Source: Mobula hypostoma (taxonomy: Eukaryota). Taken from it: a stretch of DNA of 64,000 nucleotides. This document shows, piece by piece, positions 1-11,920 of the stretch. Below the pieces are notes generated by a model, which saw nothing but the letters and a program-made list of their open reading frames with translations, was not told where the DNA came from and searched no databases. The position numbers and the translations under genes are program-made. The DNA is taken from assembly GCF_963921235.1 (NCBI RefSeq), contig NC_086097.1, forward strand, positions 166,844,001 to 166,908,000. Direction: 5' to 3'. Numbering within the stretch: position 1 is the first letter of the stretch; the number at the start of each line of letters is the position of its first letter.

Positions 1-774
1 TAAATATACACCCATCAGTATTGTGGCTACTGTGTTTACTATTAAATTTAGAGTGTGTAACTAAAGCAATGTTCACATGGACTGTGACCATGTGGCAAGC
101 TGCCTTGTATAACTCCACTTTTCTGTATCATATTCTTTCTTCAATCTATTCACTTCCATGATCTCTGAGTGACACTGGTAAAATGATGAATTATAGTCAG
201 TCCAAGTATCAACTACATAACACAGTAAACAAGATATTTTTTCTATTCAGCTCATATGACTGCAGACAATGCTAAATGAGCTTAAAGGGGCTGCTTCTTG
301 ATAGTGAATCTGACTTTAATGGCACCATTTACCATAACTGTGTGTCTGAATCCCAACGCATTGGCAGATTATAATGTCCTAATCCCAGGGCTCAGTTATG
401 ACACAGATTGAGCCTCAAAAATTGAAAGATGTTTCAAAAACGTATTTTAGTATTTCTGACACAATACCTTCTTCTAATTAGGTGTTTGGTACTGAAGATG
501 AGGGGGAGGATCATAAGGGAGAGGTGTAGGGTCTGGAAGGACAGAGAGAGGAGGGTGAGGTGATGCAATAATGCCAAGAGGAGATGTTTGTTTTGCTTGT
601 TGCAGCAAAACAAGGGGCCATAAATAAAAGATAGTCACGAGTAAGCCCAACAGGAAAGTTCAGGGGAAACTCATTCAGAGTCAAATGAAACTAAAGATGC
701 TGGAAATATTCAGTAAGTCAGGCCACATCTGAAGAGGGAGAGAGTTAATGCTTCAAACAGATAACTTTCCATCA

Positions 775-1250
775 TAACAGATACAATGTTCAACAGTACA
801 GCACAGAACAGATCCTTCAGCCAATACTCTGCACTGAGCACAATGCCATTTTAAACTAAATCTCTTCTGTTTGCTCATGATCTATATCCATCCATTCCCT
901 GCATATTCACTTGCCTATCTAAAAACCTCTCAACATCACTATTGCACCGACCTCTACAATACCCCCCACCCAACACCAGCAGCCCATTTCAAGCACCCTC
1001 AGTGCCCCACACTTCATCTTTAAACATTCCCACTCTTATCTTAATGCAGATCCTCTAGAATTTGACAATTCAACCCTGGAAAAAGAGATTCTGCCTGTCT
1101 ACTCCATCATTGCCTCTCATAAGTTTGTAAACTTCTATCAGGTTTCCCATCAGCCTCCAACACTGCAGAGTTTGTCCAACCACCTTATAGCTCAAACCCT
1201 CTAATGCAGGCGGTGCCCTAGCAAGCCACTTTTGTCCCCATTTCCAAAGC
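775..1250 (-). mobile_element. CR1 LINE 3' fragment (degenerate)
   Basis: Minus ORF fragment ..LMGNLIEVYKLMRGNDGVDRQNLFF matches the CR1 ORF2 C-terminus (RGDLIEVYKIMRGIDRVD); CR1-type 3' UTR follows. Confidence 0.8.
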
Positions 1251-2306
1251 CTACGCATCCTGCTCAGGCTGATGTCTTCCCAGCACTCTGAACAGTTCTG
1301 ATGAAAAGTATCAACCTGAAATGTTAGTGCACTCTCCTTTGATGCTGTTAGATCTGCTGAGTGTTTCCAGTATTTCCTGCTTTAATTCAGATGCCCAGTA
1401 ACTGCCATTTTATTTTTTTTATTTGTAGAAAAACAGGAATGTGGAACTTGCTACCACAAGGAAAAGATAGAAAGAACTGATCCACTAAGAGTAAATCAAA
1501 AGAAAATCTAGATAGGTTCAAAAAGAGGATTGAGAATTGACGGACATCTGATAAGGGGAGTCACAGCTGAGCGAAAGGAAACTCCCTTGAAAGTTAAATA
1601 GCAACAGAGACCTGCTGAAAGGGCGTTATCTCTGTATATTTCATTTTATGTCACCTATGCACCTATTCTTAAAAGTTCTAAAAAAATTGTTTAAAAATAA
1701 AAATTCACTGTTACTTCTGAAGTGATTTTCTGCCTTAATCTTAGCCAGGCTGGATGCAAAGAGATTTCAGATACAGAATTTTCTATTCAATTATATAAAA
1801 TAACACACCCTCAATGTCTCATCTCTTCTCTCTTTATATATGACCACTCTGGAACGTATATTCTGAAGGGCTCATTGATGTACTGTAAACCTGGAAAGCG
1901 CTTGCAAATACATTTAAGTATTACCTTAATCCATGTAAAAGCAAATATAAGAGCACGTTGTCTCAAACAATAAGCAATCCAGCTTTTAGAACAACTCTCA
2001 TAAATCTGACCTACATGCAAAACTGTCGCTGAACACATTGAACCAAATTTTAACCTATCAAATGTCTAATTCATTTTCTGAGTATGACTGACCTAAACAA
2101 TATTGTATGGAAGATATATCAGAGTATGTTCACGTTACTGTATGCAAAACAGACAGGAAGTGGCTACAGACACATAAACCGTGTGGTCTAATACAAAGAA
2201 TCAAATTTAAAAGTATCCCCTTACAGATTCTGAAGAACATCCTGACATTACTGAGATTGAATATGAACGTTCTCCGTATGGAGTATGGTATTCTAAAGGT
2301 ACCTAC

Positions 2307-2441
2307 CCTTCTTTCATCTGTTGCGTAATGCGCTGAATACCACAGACTACGTCTCACTTCAGCAGTGACTGGTGAATCATTTCTAAGCAGGTCCTTTTCT
2401 CCTTCTTCCTCATTTTCATTGTTGTCTTCCTCTTGGTTATT
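2307..2441 (-). CDS. PIEZO2: PIEZO2 coding exon, 135 bp: NNQEEDNNENEEEGEKDLLRNDSPVTAEVRRSLWYSAHYATDERR
   Basis: RRSLWY..HY.TDER matches PIEZO2 (RRRSLWYATHYPTDERK). Acceptor gtttacag|AAT, donor AGG|gtaggt; in frame with the previous exon. Confidence 0.92.
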
Positions 2442-2558
2442 CTGTAAACGTGATTTAACAAAGTAGGATTTTACAAAGTTATCATCTATGTTGGCAAGTA
2501 TTCTGAAGTTCTGTAAATATAGCAGAATTTAAAAAGGATCTAGTGCTTTCCTGATGTA

Positions 2559-2725
2559 TATGATGAATAAACCCTTCTCAGGCTTCCAAGTTTTGATGAC
2601 AAACTCTGCCATCTTCATCAGGGAGGACGCATCAAGGATGAATACAGCAGAGCTTGTCATTAAAACATTGGTTAAAATTGATACCAGTACCTAGCTGGAT
2701 GCCCAAGGAGAGTTTATTCATCATA
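2559..2725. mobile_element. Short palindromic element with a decayed hammerhead-like motif (second Penelope-derived family)
   Basis: Terminal inverted repeats TATGATGAATAAAC...GTTTATTCATCATA. Minus strand 2621-2591 reads CTGATGA-A-GATGGCA-GAGTT-TGTCATC-AAAA; a decayed inverted copy follows on the plus strand. Confidence 0.6.
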
Positions 2726-2759
2726 GCAGATATTCATTTATGAAAGAACTGGCTAAAGA

Positions 2760-3010
2760 AATTCCTCCTCAACTCTGTTATAAAAGAATGCCCCTCTATT
2801 ATGAGGCTGTCCCCTCCAGTCTTAGACTCTCCCACCATAGGAAACAACCTCTCCTTAAGCACTCTGTCAAGGCCTTTCATCATTCGATAGGTTTCAATGA
2901 GGTGATCACTTAATCTTCTGAATTCTAGTGAATACAGGCCTCAGACGCTCTTCATATGACAAGCCATTAAATCCTGGAATCATTTTCATGAACCTCCTTT
3001 GAAACCTCTC
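2760..3010 (-). mobile_element. CR1 LINE 3' fragment
   Basis: Antisense match to the CR1 ORF2 C-terminal region seen at 26480-26970 (gaattcagaaga..., attgaaacctatcgaatg). Confidence 0.75.
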
Positions 3011-3019
3011 CAGCTTCAT

Positions 3020-3585
3020 CGCATTTCCTCTCCACCTCTGATTTGGATTGAACCTCTTCACCTGGAACAGTTCTGGGTAGCCTCCAACCTGATGGCATAT
3101 GACCTGTCAGTCCATGGCTTCCTCTACTGCCACGATAAGGAGCAACACCTTATATTCAGTTTGATAGCCTCCAACTTGACGACATGAACATCGATGTTCT
3201 CAAACCTCTGGTAATTGCCCCCTCCCCGCTTCACGAAACATCATTCCTGTTTAACTCCCTCACCTTATCTCCTTATTTGCCCACTTGCCCATTACCTCCC
3301 TCTGGTGCTGCTCCCCTTCCCTTTCTTCCATGGTCTTCTACTCTCTCCTAACAGATTCGCCCTACTCCAGCCCTTTATCTCCAGCTCTTTACCTCACCCC
3401 TCCCCCTCTCCATTTTGCCCATCACCTACCACCCTGTACTTCTTCCACCCCTCCCCCCTATTACTCCTCCTCCTTACTTCTCCCCTTCCTTTCCAGTGTC
3501 CATGAAAGGTCTCGGCCCAAAATGTTGGCTGTTTACTCTTTTCCATAGATGCTCCTTGGCCTTCTGAGTTCTAAGTGTGTTGATC
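3020..3585 (+). mobile_element. Penelope-like element 3' fragment (GIY-YIG end plus pseudo-LTR)
   Basis: DLSVHGFLYCHDKEQHLIFSL..LQLDDMNID resembles the C-terminus at 44938-45390. Pyrimidine-rich UTR and decayed hammerhead at about 3495-3532. Confidence 0.8.
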
Positions 3586-4455
3586 TGGAACAGTTCACCA
3601 GGTTCTGAATTATTTGAATTTTTAGCCCAGTGAGTCATGTAAATGCAAGGGTGGAGAGATAGGTTTTTTGGAATATAGGACAATCAAAGCCTACGGGGTC
3701 AGGCAGGAATGTGGAATGGGAGCCAACGGAATATTCCTTCCATTCTTATCTTTGAAACCAAAGATGCTAAGAATGCCAATATTTTCTACAACTATGTGTT
3801 GCTTGACATTTCTTCACAAATAATTGTTCAGCCATGGTTCATGTGGAATAAATAGTGCAGTGGAAAGCTGAAGTCATAGTTATACAAATCAAAGAAGCAC
3901 ATTGGGAGGAAAAGTCCCTTTAGAGGTTCTTATATCATCAGACAATGTGCATTTTCAATATACCAGGTTACATGTGGAAAGCTTTATATCCTTAGTAAAG
4001 ATATAGATATTGTGTTTGAACTAGATCATTTGTAGGAGAAACTATGGCTAAATAATCCTGAGGTTTTATAGCACAGGAGCTGGCCCTTCTGCTTATGAAG
4101 TTGTGCCAAACTAATTAAGTAATTACCAATATTAATTGGTTATGGTTGCCCGTCGTATCTGACAATAGCAGGAAACCTGTGTGGGAGAGTTTTTAAAGTG
4201 GAAACCTGTTACATTAGGGCAATTGCACTGTCTTGGCCGCAGAAGTCCGGGTCCAGTGTTAAGAGTAGTCATCACACCTGGGGATCTTTCTTAGTTACAG
4301 TGAATGACCAAGACTTTCCAACCTCCCCTTTTAGCCCATACTCTCTAATTCAGCCAGCAACCTGGCAAACCTCTCCTGCACCCTCTCCAACCTTCCAACC
4401 TTTCCACATCCTTCTTATAATAGGGTGATCAGAATAGAATTCAATTTTCTAAAAT

Positions 4456-4742
4456 TATATTTATTTTTATCAATACAGTTATGGATCAGGCTCTTCTGGA
4501 CCGAGCCATGTTGCTCCAGCAACCCCTGAAAACCCCAGTAAACCCCAGTTAAGCCTAATCTAATCATGTGACAATTTACAATGACAAATTAACCTACTCG
4601 GTACGTCTTTGGACTGTGGGAGGAAACTGGAGCACCAGGAAAATCCCACACATCCAGAGACTCCTTACAGGCAGCGCCAGAACTGAACTCCGATGCCCTG
4701 AGCTGTAATAGCGTAAAGCTCACAGCTACGCTACCATGTGCC
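4456..4742 (-). mobile_element. tRNA-derived V-SINE (HE1-like)
   Basis: Minus strand: head GGCACATGGTAGCGTAGC with B-box-like GGAGTTCAGTTC; V-domain GGTGCTCCAGTTTCCTCCCACAGTCCAAAGACGTAC; A-rich tail. Confidence 0.75.
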
Positions 4743-4858
4743 CAATATATGCAGCCAATATACACCAGACCTTTGAAGGATATATAAAATTTCTGATATT
4801 GAGATCATGGCTCTTCAATACACAGGAATTAGTTCCATAAATTTTGAACATTGCTCAC

Positions 4859-5027
4859 CGTTACAATCGGTTCCTGAAGCCAGAGGCGGATGAGCGTTGC
4901 CAACGTATAATACAATAATAACAGCATTATAGGATTGACGTGTTGGGGCCAAGACATGTTGGGATTGGCTATAATCTTCCACGTTGTTGTGCAGTTTGTC
5001 TGAATCACTGGTGTTACACCAAACAAC
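4859..5027 (-). CDS. PIEZO2: PIEZO2 coding exon, 169 bp: (R)LFGVTPVIQTNCTTTWKIIANPNMSWPQHVNPIMLLLLYYTLATLIRLWLQEPIVT
   Basis: VIQT.C..TWKII.NP and YYTLATLIR.WLQEP match PIEZO2. Acceptor tcacag|G, donor ACG|gtgagc (phase 0). Confidence 0.95.
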
Positions 5028-6261
5028 CTGTGATAAGAAGAAGACGATTACCCCATTATGATGGTAAAACTGCAATATTAATGATGTTACAATTAGATTT
5101 TCATCGAAAACAAGAGAGTATCAAAAATTAGCAAGGGGCATGACAAAGTGAAGTAGTTGCAATGGACAGGAGGGTTGAAGACTAGAGGAAACACAGTTAA
5201 GATGTAAAATAAAGCAACAATGACTTGAAGAAAGCCCTTTTCATGCAGTGAGCCTCACACTGTATAATTCATAGCCGGAAAGGGTGAGGAAAACAGCTCT
5301 AATTCATACCTTCAAAGGGATTTGTATAGCTTCTCCAGGAAGGAAGAGGTGAAAATAAGTCACCAGAAAATGGGAACTGGGTGGTTTGCTTGCAGCTACC
5401 CAAAAGTTCAGAGGATGTAACAATTTTATGATTTGTTGAGGTATTTAAGACAATTGAGTTGTAAAATGAATTTCTTTGCAGGTATGTTGCATGCATATGG
5501 AAGTTAAGGCTGGATTGATACTTCGGTCAGTTACATAACCTGATTGAATACAATCCTTTTTAAGTAACAGTCTACTTATAATTCCTTATGGATTTTTTTA
5601 ATTAATCAGAGATCAAAGCCAGAACAAAGGTATATTTTCTGATGAGTGCTGGATGAAGAACTTCAAGGCACGGAGTTATCCTCCACGATATGTTGGTAAC
5701 GCACAAAATGCTTCATTGTCTGATTATTCTTGAATCTTTATCTGTGGGCTGGGGCAACCATAAAGGCCTCTCTTTTCTCATCTAAATGAAGGCAGCTCTC
5801 TGGCGATGAAACACTCAGTCACTAACACACAGTCCTAGTTTACAACTCAAATTTGTTACGGAGCTTAATGTGGGGACAGAGGGTGCAATAAATTACAAGG
5901 TCAGTCTTTCATCTCTTGATCTTTGGTTCAAACCCAAATGAATGTGATTTTCCTCCCATGAACATTAAATATATGAACAGTAGAATAAGTTGACCACTTA
6001 CTCTCTCAGTCACAGTAGATAAGGTGATAAAATTATCAAATGAGAAATCCTGCCCCGAGGAGCTTTAAAATGAGAACCTCCTTCGGATGAAGTTCAATAT
6101 AATGCCAAGAATTTTATTGTATTCATAATTAACAAGTAGACTGTTTACATTCGTTTGGCTGATTTGAGCTAAGATACACTAGTTCAACCTGGGCTCTTTG
6201 AATAATCAAACAGTGAAGTCTGGACATCCAAGTGAGCCAGCTCCATTTTCTGATGTCACAA

Positions 6262-6630
6262 GAAACTGCAGAGGCTGGAAGCTGAAGCAGAAATCGAAAT
6301 GCAGGAGGAACTCAGCATGTCAGACAGGCATATGTGGAGAGAAATGGACAGTTAACATTTTCAGTCAGGACCCTTCATCCAAAACAGTATAAAGAAGTGA
6401 CAGGTAGTTGAGGCAAGAACTGGAAATTGATAGGCAGATGCAAGTGAGGAGGAATGATAAGCAGATGGAGGAGGGAAGTGTGGAAATTGTCACAGAAGCT
6501 TAGAGTGATAAGTAGAGGTAACAATGGGCTACAGATGATGGAATCTGATAGGAAAGGAAGGTGGAGCATAGAACAAAATAAGGGGGTGGGGTGGGCAGAT
6601 GGGAAGAGTAAAGGGAGAGGACCCAGTGGA
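6262..6630 (-). mobile_element. Penelope pseudo-LTR fragment
   Basis: Antisense of the conserved pLTR tail (ggaggaactcagc..., acccttcatc) followed by the purine-rich antisense UTR. Confidence 0.7.
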
Positions 6631-6924
6631 AGGGAGGTGGTGATTTTTTGTTCTTTAAAACAATATTACAAATTGGGCTCCATTTGCAATTTTTTCCTAA
6701 TATTTGTGTCATGTGGATAAACCAACAATGTTAACAGGAACTGTAACATTTCCACCCTGATTTCATAAAACATTAGTGATAAGAAGACAGAGCAGAGATA
6801 AAGGTCCTTTAGCCACCAAGCTGACCATCAACCAGTCATTGACACTAAACCTATTCTATCAAACCCTCCCCAGACCCTACCACTCACCTACACACAGGCT
6901 GCAATTAAGCAACAATAATCTTTA

Positions 6925-7120
6925 GCAGCACACAAAAAAACTGGAGGAACTCAACATGTCAAGCTGCATTTAAGAAGGGAAATAAACAGTCGATACAGAG
7001 GGTCTCGATCTAAAAAATTGTGTGTATATTTCCCTCCATAGATGGTTACAAACCAAGAGTTCTTCCAGCCTTTTTGTACATTGCTCCAGGTTTCCAGCAT
7101 CTGTAGTCTCCTGTATCTGC
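6925..7120. mobile_element. Decayed fold-back Penelope pLTR element
   Basis: Minus pLTR tail (ctggaggaactca...aaacagtcgat) joined to a plus pLTR tail (agggtctcg...ttccagcatctgtag). Confidence 0.6.
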
Positions 7121-7169
7121 TGAACCCACAAATCCTTGTTTGCTCTAACAAAGACATGTTGTTGTTTAC

Positions 7170-7383
7170 CTTGCATAGAAGTCACCCGGTGGGACAAGTT
7201 CTTGAAACAATTGCAGTTGGTAAAGGTAGAGTCCAATTAGGTGTCCTGCACTGAATATAGCCATCAATACACACAAACAGCTGAATATCAGCGGATCAAA
7301 CTGTTTCCCACAGGACCACCACGTGCATAACCCCAAAAATACAAAGAAGTATACACCTGAGGTCAGAGATGGTAGTGTTATAC
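7170..7383 (-). CDS. PIEZO2: PIEZO2 coding exon, 214 bp: (G)ITLPSLTSGVYFFVFLGLCTWWSCGKQFDPLIFSCLCVLMAIFSAGHLIGLYLYQLQLFQELVPPGDFYA(R)
   Basis: LPSLTS.VYFFVFLGLCTWWS and AGHLIGLYLYQ match PIEZO2 transmembrane helices. Acceptor tttttctgcag|GT, donor AG|gtaaac (phase 2). The preceding intron is only 198 bp. Confidence 0.96.
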
Positions 7384-7581
7384 CTGCAGAAAAACAAATA
7401 AGCCAAGTTCTGAATGAGAGAGACATAACAGAGAATGAGTGATAACATATTTTTAATCAATATCATCTGTCTTCTATGATTCAACATTCAGCATGTTTAA
7501 AATGGAGCAAATGAGGACAGCAAATTAATCATTTACAAACAGCACAAGGATTGAGTGGATTTTGATTATGCCCATACCAAC

Positions 7582-7786
7582 CTGTTAAACCAAGTAAAAT
7601 GGTAACAACTACTTTTCCAGTGGTTGTTATGATATTGCCAATAAATTCTTTTAATAGTGATGCGTATGTTGCTATTCTGCGAAGAATATTTTGCCTAGTT
7701 CCCTCTTCCATTTCTTCAACCATGTTTGTGACTTCAAAATCTTCCTCATAAATTAGAGCTTCATCCAGTTCAAGCTTTTCCTCTTC
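7582..7786 (-). CDS. PIEZO2: PIEZO2 coding exon, 205 bp: EEEKLELDEALIYEEDFEVTNMVEEMEEGTRQNILRRIATYASLLKEFIGNIITTTGKVVVTILLGLT(G)
   Basis: EALIYEEDF and LKEFIGN.ITT.GKVVVTILLG match PIEZO2. Acceptor ttttttcttccag|GAA, donor ACAG|gttggt (phase 1). Confidence 0.95.
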
Positions 7787-7819
7787 CTGGAAGAAAAAAA
7801 GTCATTTTAATCAACTGCA

Positions 7820-8200
7820 TGCAGGGAGACCTATCATGGGCACCACCCTCCCCATCACTGGTAACACCTACAGGAGGCGCTGCCTTCAAAAAGGCAGCAT
7901 CTGTCATCAAGGATGGGCCATGTGCTCCTCTTTCTGCTACCATCAGGCAGGAGGTACAGAAGCCTGAAGTTGTACACCACAAGGCTCTGGAACAGCTATC
8001 TTCCTACATCCATCAGGCTCTTGAAGTGAACTGCACAATCCTAACCTAAATTCAGTAATGAAACACTACAGACCACCTCTTGCATAGCAATGGATTTGTC
8101 TTTCATTGGGTCTTTGTTTTTTTTTGCACTGAGGGTTTGTTTTCTGCACAATTTGTTTTCCACTGTATGATACACTTTCCTGTGTGTTACCTGTGATTCT
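7820..8200 (+). mobile_element. Rex1/Babar-like LINE 3' fragment (degenerate)
   Basis: KKAASVIKD..HA..SLLPSGRRYRS..TTR..NS.LP..IRLL-type C-terminus, as at 28916-29155. Confidence 0.65.
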
Positions 8201-10994
8201 GATGAAAGATTTTCGATGAACTGTACCTCAAGGTACTAAAGTACATAACTACGCTTAATTTAGGATTACTTTTTCTAATTTATAGGGCTCTCATCTCAGT
8301 TTGTACAATATAGAACTGACTGATAACAAGCATGAAGATTTATAGGTGTATCTCTTGACTGAACTCACATCTGAGCGACAATGACTGCAATAATTAACCA
8401 CCATATTATGTAAATTGAAGTCACCCATTGCTCCAGTTCATGGTTGGCCTCCATTGTCCCTTTTGCTGAAAATGTGTGAATGCTGTAATAGTGTGTAAGC
8501 AGATTCCGATCAACCCCAATATTTATATGGCTCCACTGCTTGTTGATCCTCACTGTCAACATTTATACATAGAGTTGAGGCATCAGAAGTTAGTGATGGT
8601 CAAGGTAACCATTCGCTCAGCAAGTGAAATTTAAATTTATTCTCGAATGTTAGTAACATAACTGTAGCTTCCAAAATTCAACTCCATTAACTTCAAAAGC
8701 GTGAATTGACTTCAGAAGTTCAAAAGTCATCTTTATAATGAAGATAAAGAACACTTCGTTTCAGTGATGACTACAAACTGACTTTGTTCCAAAATTTGGC
8801 TCAATGAAATCCATTGGAACTGAATTTCAGGGGCAGAATACAGAGTCACTTCTTAGATATTTAGCAATAGAGAAGTGGTGATCAAGAGGGAGAGGGAACT
8901 CTCTCCCAAATTTTTAAGTAGCAGCTTTCTAGAAACTATTGAAGTAGTTTGATAAATATAAATCTATATTATACCCATGTTGCTTTGTTTCATAAAAATA
9001 ATCAAACAAAATGTTTCATAAACAGGGCTTGATAAGCTGCCACTAAAAGTTCTCTAAAGGTTCCAGGCATAAGCTTCATATATTTAAAATAAATTTCTCC
9101 AGAGCTACTTCAATTCTCCAGAGTAATTTAGCTAAAGGGCAGATCACACACATGGAAAGGGCTTCAATGTCTCTCTATAGAAATAATGGCACCTTGACTA
9201 ACATTTCCCTACATCTAATATTTTGTGAGAAAACAGAAATGTACAAACATGTAATTGAGATCAGCTGAACTCCGTACTGATCTTCTGTAAGTCCTGCTCC
9301 AATGATTATAATATATCAGAGGAATTTAACAACCTGTTCGGGAAGTTTTAACAAACCGATTCTGGATAGTGAGTGGTGAGTGGCAATGGGTGCTGCTGAG
9401 AATTCTCTCTTATCACTTAAAAAGGAAAGACATGACTTGGCAGTAGGATACTTTACAGGAATGAACTTCATCCTTGCCTGTAGTCGTAACACATTGCACT
9501 TGATTCACCAAATTAAGTTCTATTTAAGACAGAAGAATTTTATCTATAAAAGGCTTTAAAAGTGTTTATTTTGTACAGTAGAATATTGAAGTTTGAGTTT
9601 AAATTTTCAAATTTAAAAAAGAAACATTTCCTGCACGTTTTTTCTGCGCCTGTTTTAATTGTTTTCAGAGTGTGCATAAGTGAGGGTCTTGACCTGAAAT
9701 GCTGACTGTTTACTTTTTTTCCATAGATGCTGCCTGGCCAGCTGAGTTCCACCAGCATTTTGTGTGTATAAGGGGATTAGGTTTTATTTGATTGCTAAAA
9801 TGCTCCCTCTATTCACTAAAAGCTCCTATTCATTCAGAATGCTTCATCTTGTCCTTGCTGCTTCTGCGAAGTTCCACTGTAGTCATGGGTCTTGCGCTCT
9901 CTATATTCAATATTGTCATCTTCATTTCAAACACTTCAAGGAGAGATTATCCTACATTAGTGAGCTCTTGTTGCCACTGACACCTACCCCTATCTCCTCC
10001 TAGGTGAACTGTTATGTACTGGACCAATAGGTCAGAAAGCAGATTAATGTTCTGGAGACACTCAAAACCACATTTAAATTTTACTTCAATATCCAGAATA
10101 AATTGATGGTATCAATAACTGACTGCAAAGAGAAGGAAAGGAATCTGTCTTACTTACACGGCGTGGAGCCTCGGTATAACTCCAGATCCCAGCATTATGA
10201 TTAACTTTCTAAGTACACACTAAAATAGATTAGTTCAAGCCAACCGGCAATGGGCACCTAATATTTTTCTTAGATTTGCCTCCATTCTGCAAGGAATAAA
10301 AGACAACATGACACAGCGTGCTTGCCATTTCGATCTTCCACCAGCTGACAGGATGGAAAAGGGTGACAGGCATGAGGTAAAACCTTTGCCCAATTCTTCC
10401 TTCCAAGCCCTACAGAACCATGGGGATACCTTATCCCCTCCAGTCGTTGGAAGATTGCTTACTGTACTTTCTCAAGAGAGACTGGGATGGGCAATAGATG
10501 TCTGCAATATATTTCATCTAATTGGTTTTTGTCAGCACTTATTTAAGAATAGTTCTACATATAGATCTTATAGAAGTCATTCCCTTTGAAATTGTGTACT
10601 ACATCATAACTTAGAACAATCTGCCTTCTGATTTGCCATGAACAACAGTAACTGAGTGAGTGTATTTTGTTAAGCATGCAATTACATATTTTTAAATACA
10701 TTTTAAATGCTCGATTATTATTGGAAGCAGCTGTATAACTGAAGCAATTCTAGGAGGAATGATCCTGATGCTAGAATAAACGAACTTGGTTTAACATTGG
10801 AAATATTGCATAAAATGTACTGTACCTTTTTTTTTTACAATAATGAGATCATATAAATGATGATTCTCTATAGTAGTTTAATGAAAAGCCTGATTCCCTT
10901 CTGCTGTTGGCCTTTCAGTTCTGGAGAATTATTTGTAAAATTAATCGTATCTATCTATAAAAATCGCCGATATTAACTATGTGTATAATAATGA

Positions 10995-11195
10995 TAAATA
11001 CAAGAAATTCTGCAAATGCTGGAAAGCCAGAGGAAAGCATACACAATGCTGGAGGAACTTAGCAGGTCAGGCAGCAGCTATGGAAAGAAATAAACAGCTG
11101 CTGTTTCAGGCTGAGACCCTTCATCAGGACTGGTATTGCAATTGGAAATGAGTGCAGTCCTGATGGGGGTCTCAGCCCAAAATGGCAACTGCATT
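10995..11195. mobile_element. Fold-back Penelope pLTR element with two inverted hammerhead-like motifs
   Basis: Minus copy (..tttcaggctgagacccttcatcaggactg, about 11103-11132) and plus copy (cagtcctgatgggggtctcagcccaaaatg, about 11156-11184) separated by about 23 bp. Confidence 0.7.
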
Positions 11196-11327
11196 ATGTG
11201 TCGCTCCTTATAATAATCATGCAGTTAAGGTATGACATAACTGAACTATCTTGGTTAGTTCATTATTTATCTACTCAATTATTTTCCCTCAAGCCATCAG
11301 GCTGATAAGCACCTCCACTCATTAACC

Positions 11328-11920
11328 CAGACATCCCACCTCTCCCAGAAGTTCCGGGAGTCTCCCGCATATTAATAGTGGCTCTCTGATGCCCGCAGAT
11401 TATATACAATATCACTGATATCAATTTTCTGAGAGCGAGTGAGAGAAAGCAAGAGAGAGCGCGAGAGCGACCACGAGACAGCGCGCGAGTGAGAGAGAAA
11501 GCGAGAGTACGTGAGTGAGAAAGCAAGTGAGAGTGTGTGAGCAACCACGACAGAGAGAGAGCGCGCGAGTGAGAGCGCGCCATGGCAGAGTGTTCCAAAA
11601 AAAATATAAAACGTACATCACCCCAGACTACACTAAAGTGTACCCCTGTCTAATAGGGGTCAAAATAATGACAGTGCTGTTCGCTGCACTGTTTGCAACA
11701 GTGACTTTTCTATTGTCCATGGTGGGTTAAGACTGTAAAAGACATGTTGAGGTGAGTTTAACAGGTGTCATTCATTCATTAGCGTAGCTAACGTTATTTA
11801 AACTAGCTGGCTAGCTGCTAAGGAGCTACTGTATTGCAGACATCCCACTTCTCCCAGAAGTCTCCCGCAAATTGATGGTGCTACCTCCCTGAAATGAGTT
11901 TTTGCAGGGTGGGATGTCTG
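11328..11920 (+). mobile_element. Non-autonomous TIR DNA transposon (hAT-like, 6-bp TSD), inserted in a Rex/Babar 3' remnant
   Basis: TIRs CAGACATCCCACC...GGTGGGATGTCTG; flanks ttaacc/ctaacc; internal GA-rich tract; a closely similar inverted copy lies at 48583-49111. Confidence 0.85.

Noticed and set aside
1..2306. Next downstream PIEZO2 exon (LLSMTQDD..-like)
   Set aside because: No recognisable peptide with splice sites was found.
4680..4742. tRNA gene
   Set aside because: A/B-box-like motifs belong to a SINE head fused to a V-domain; there is no complete cloverleaf.
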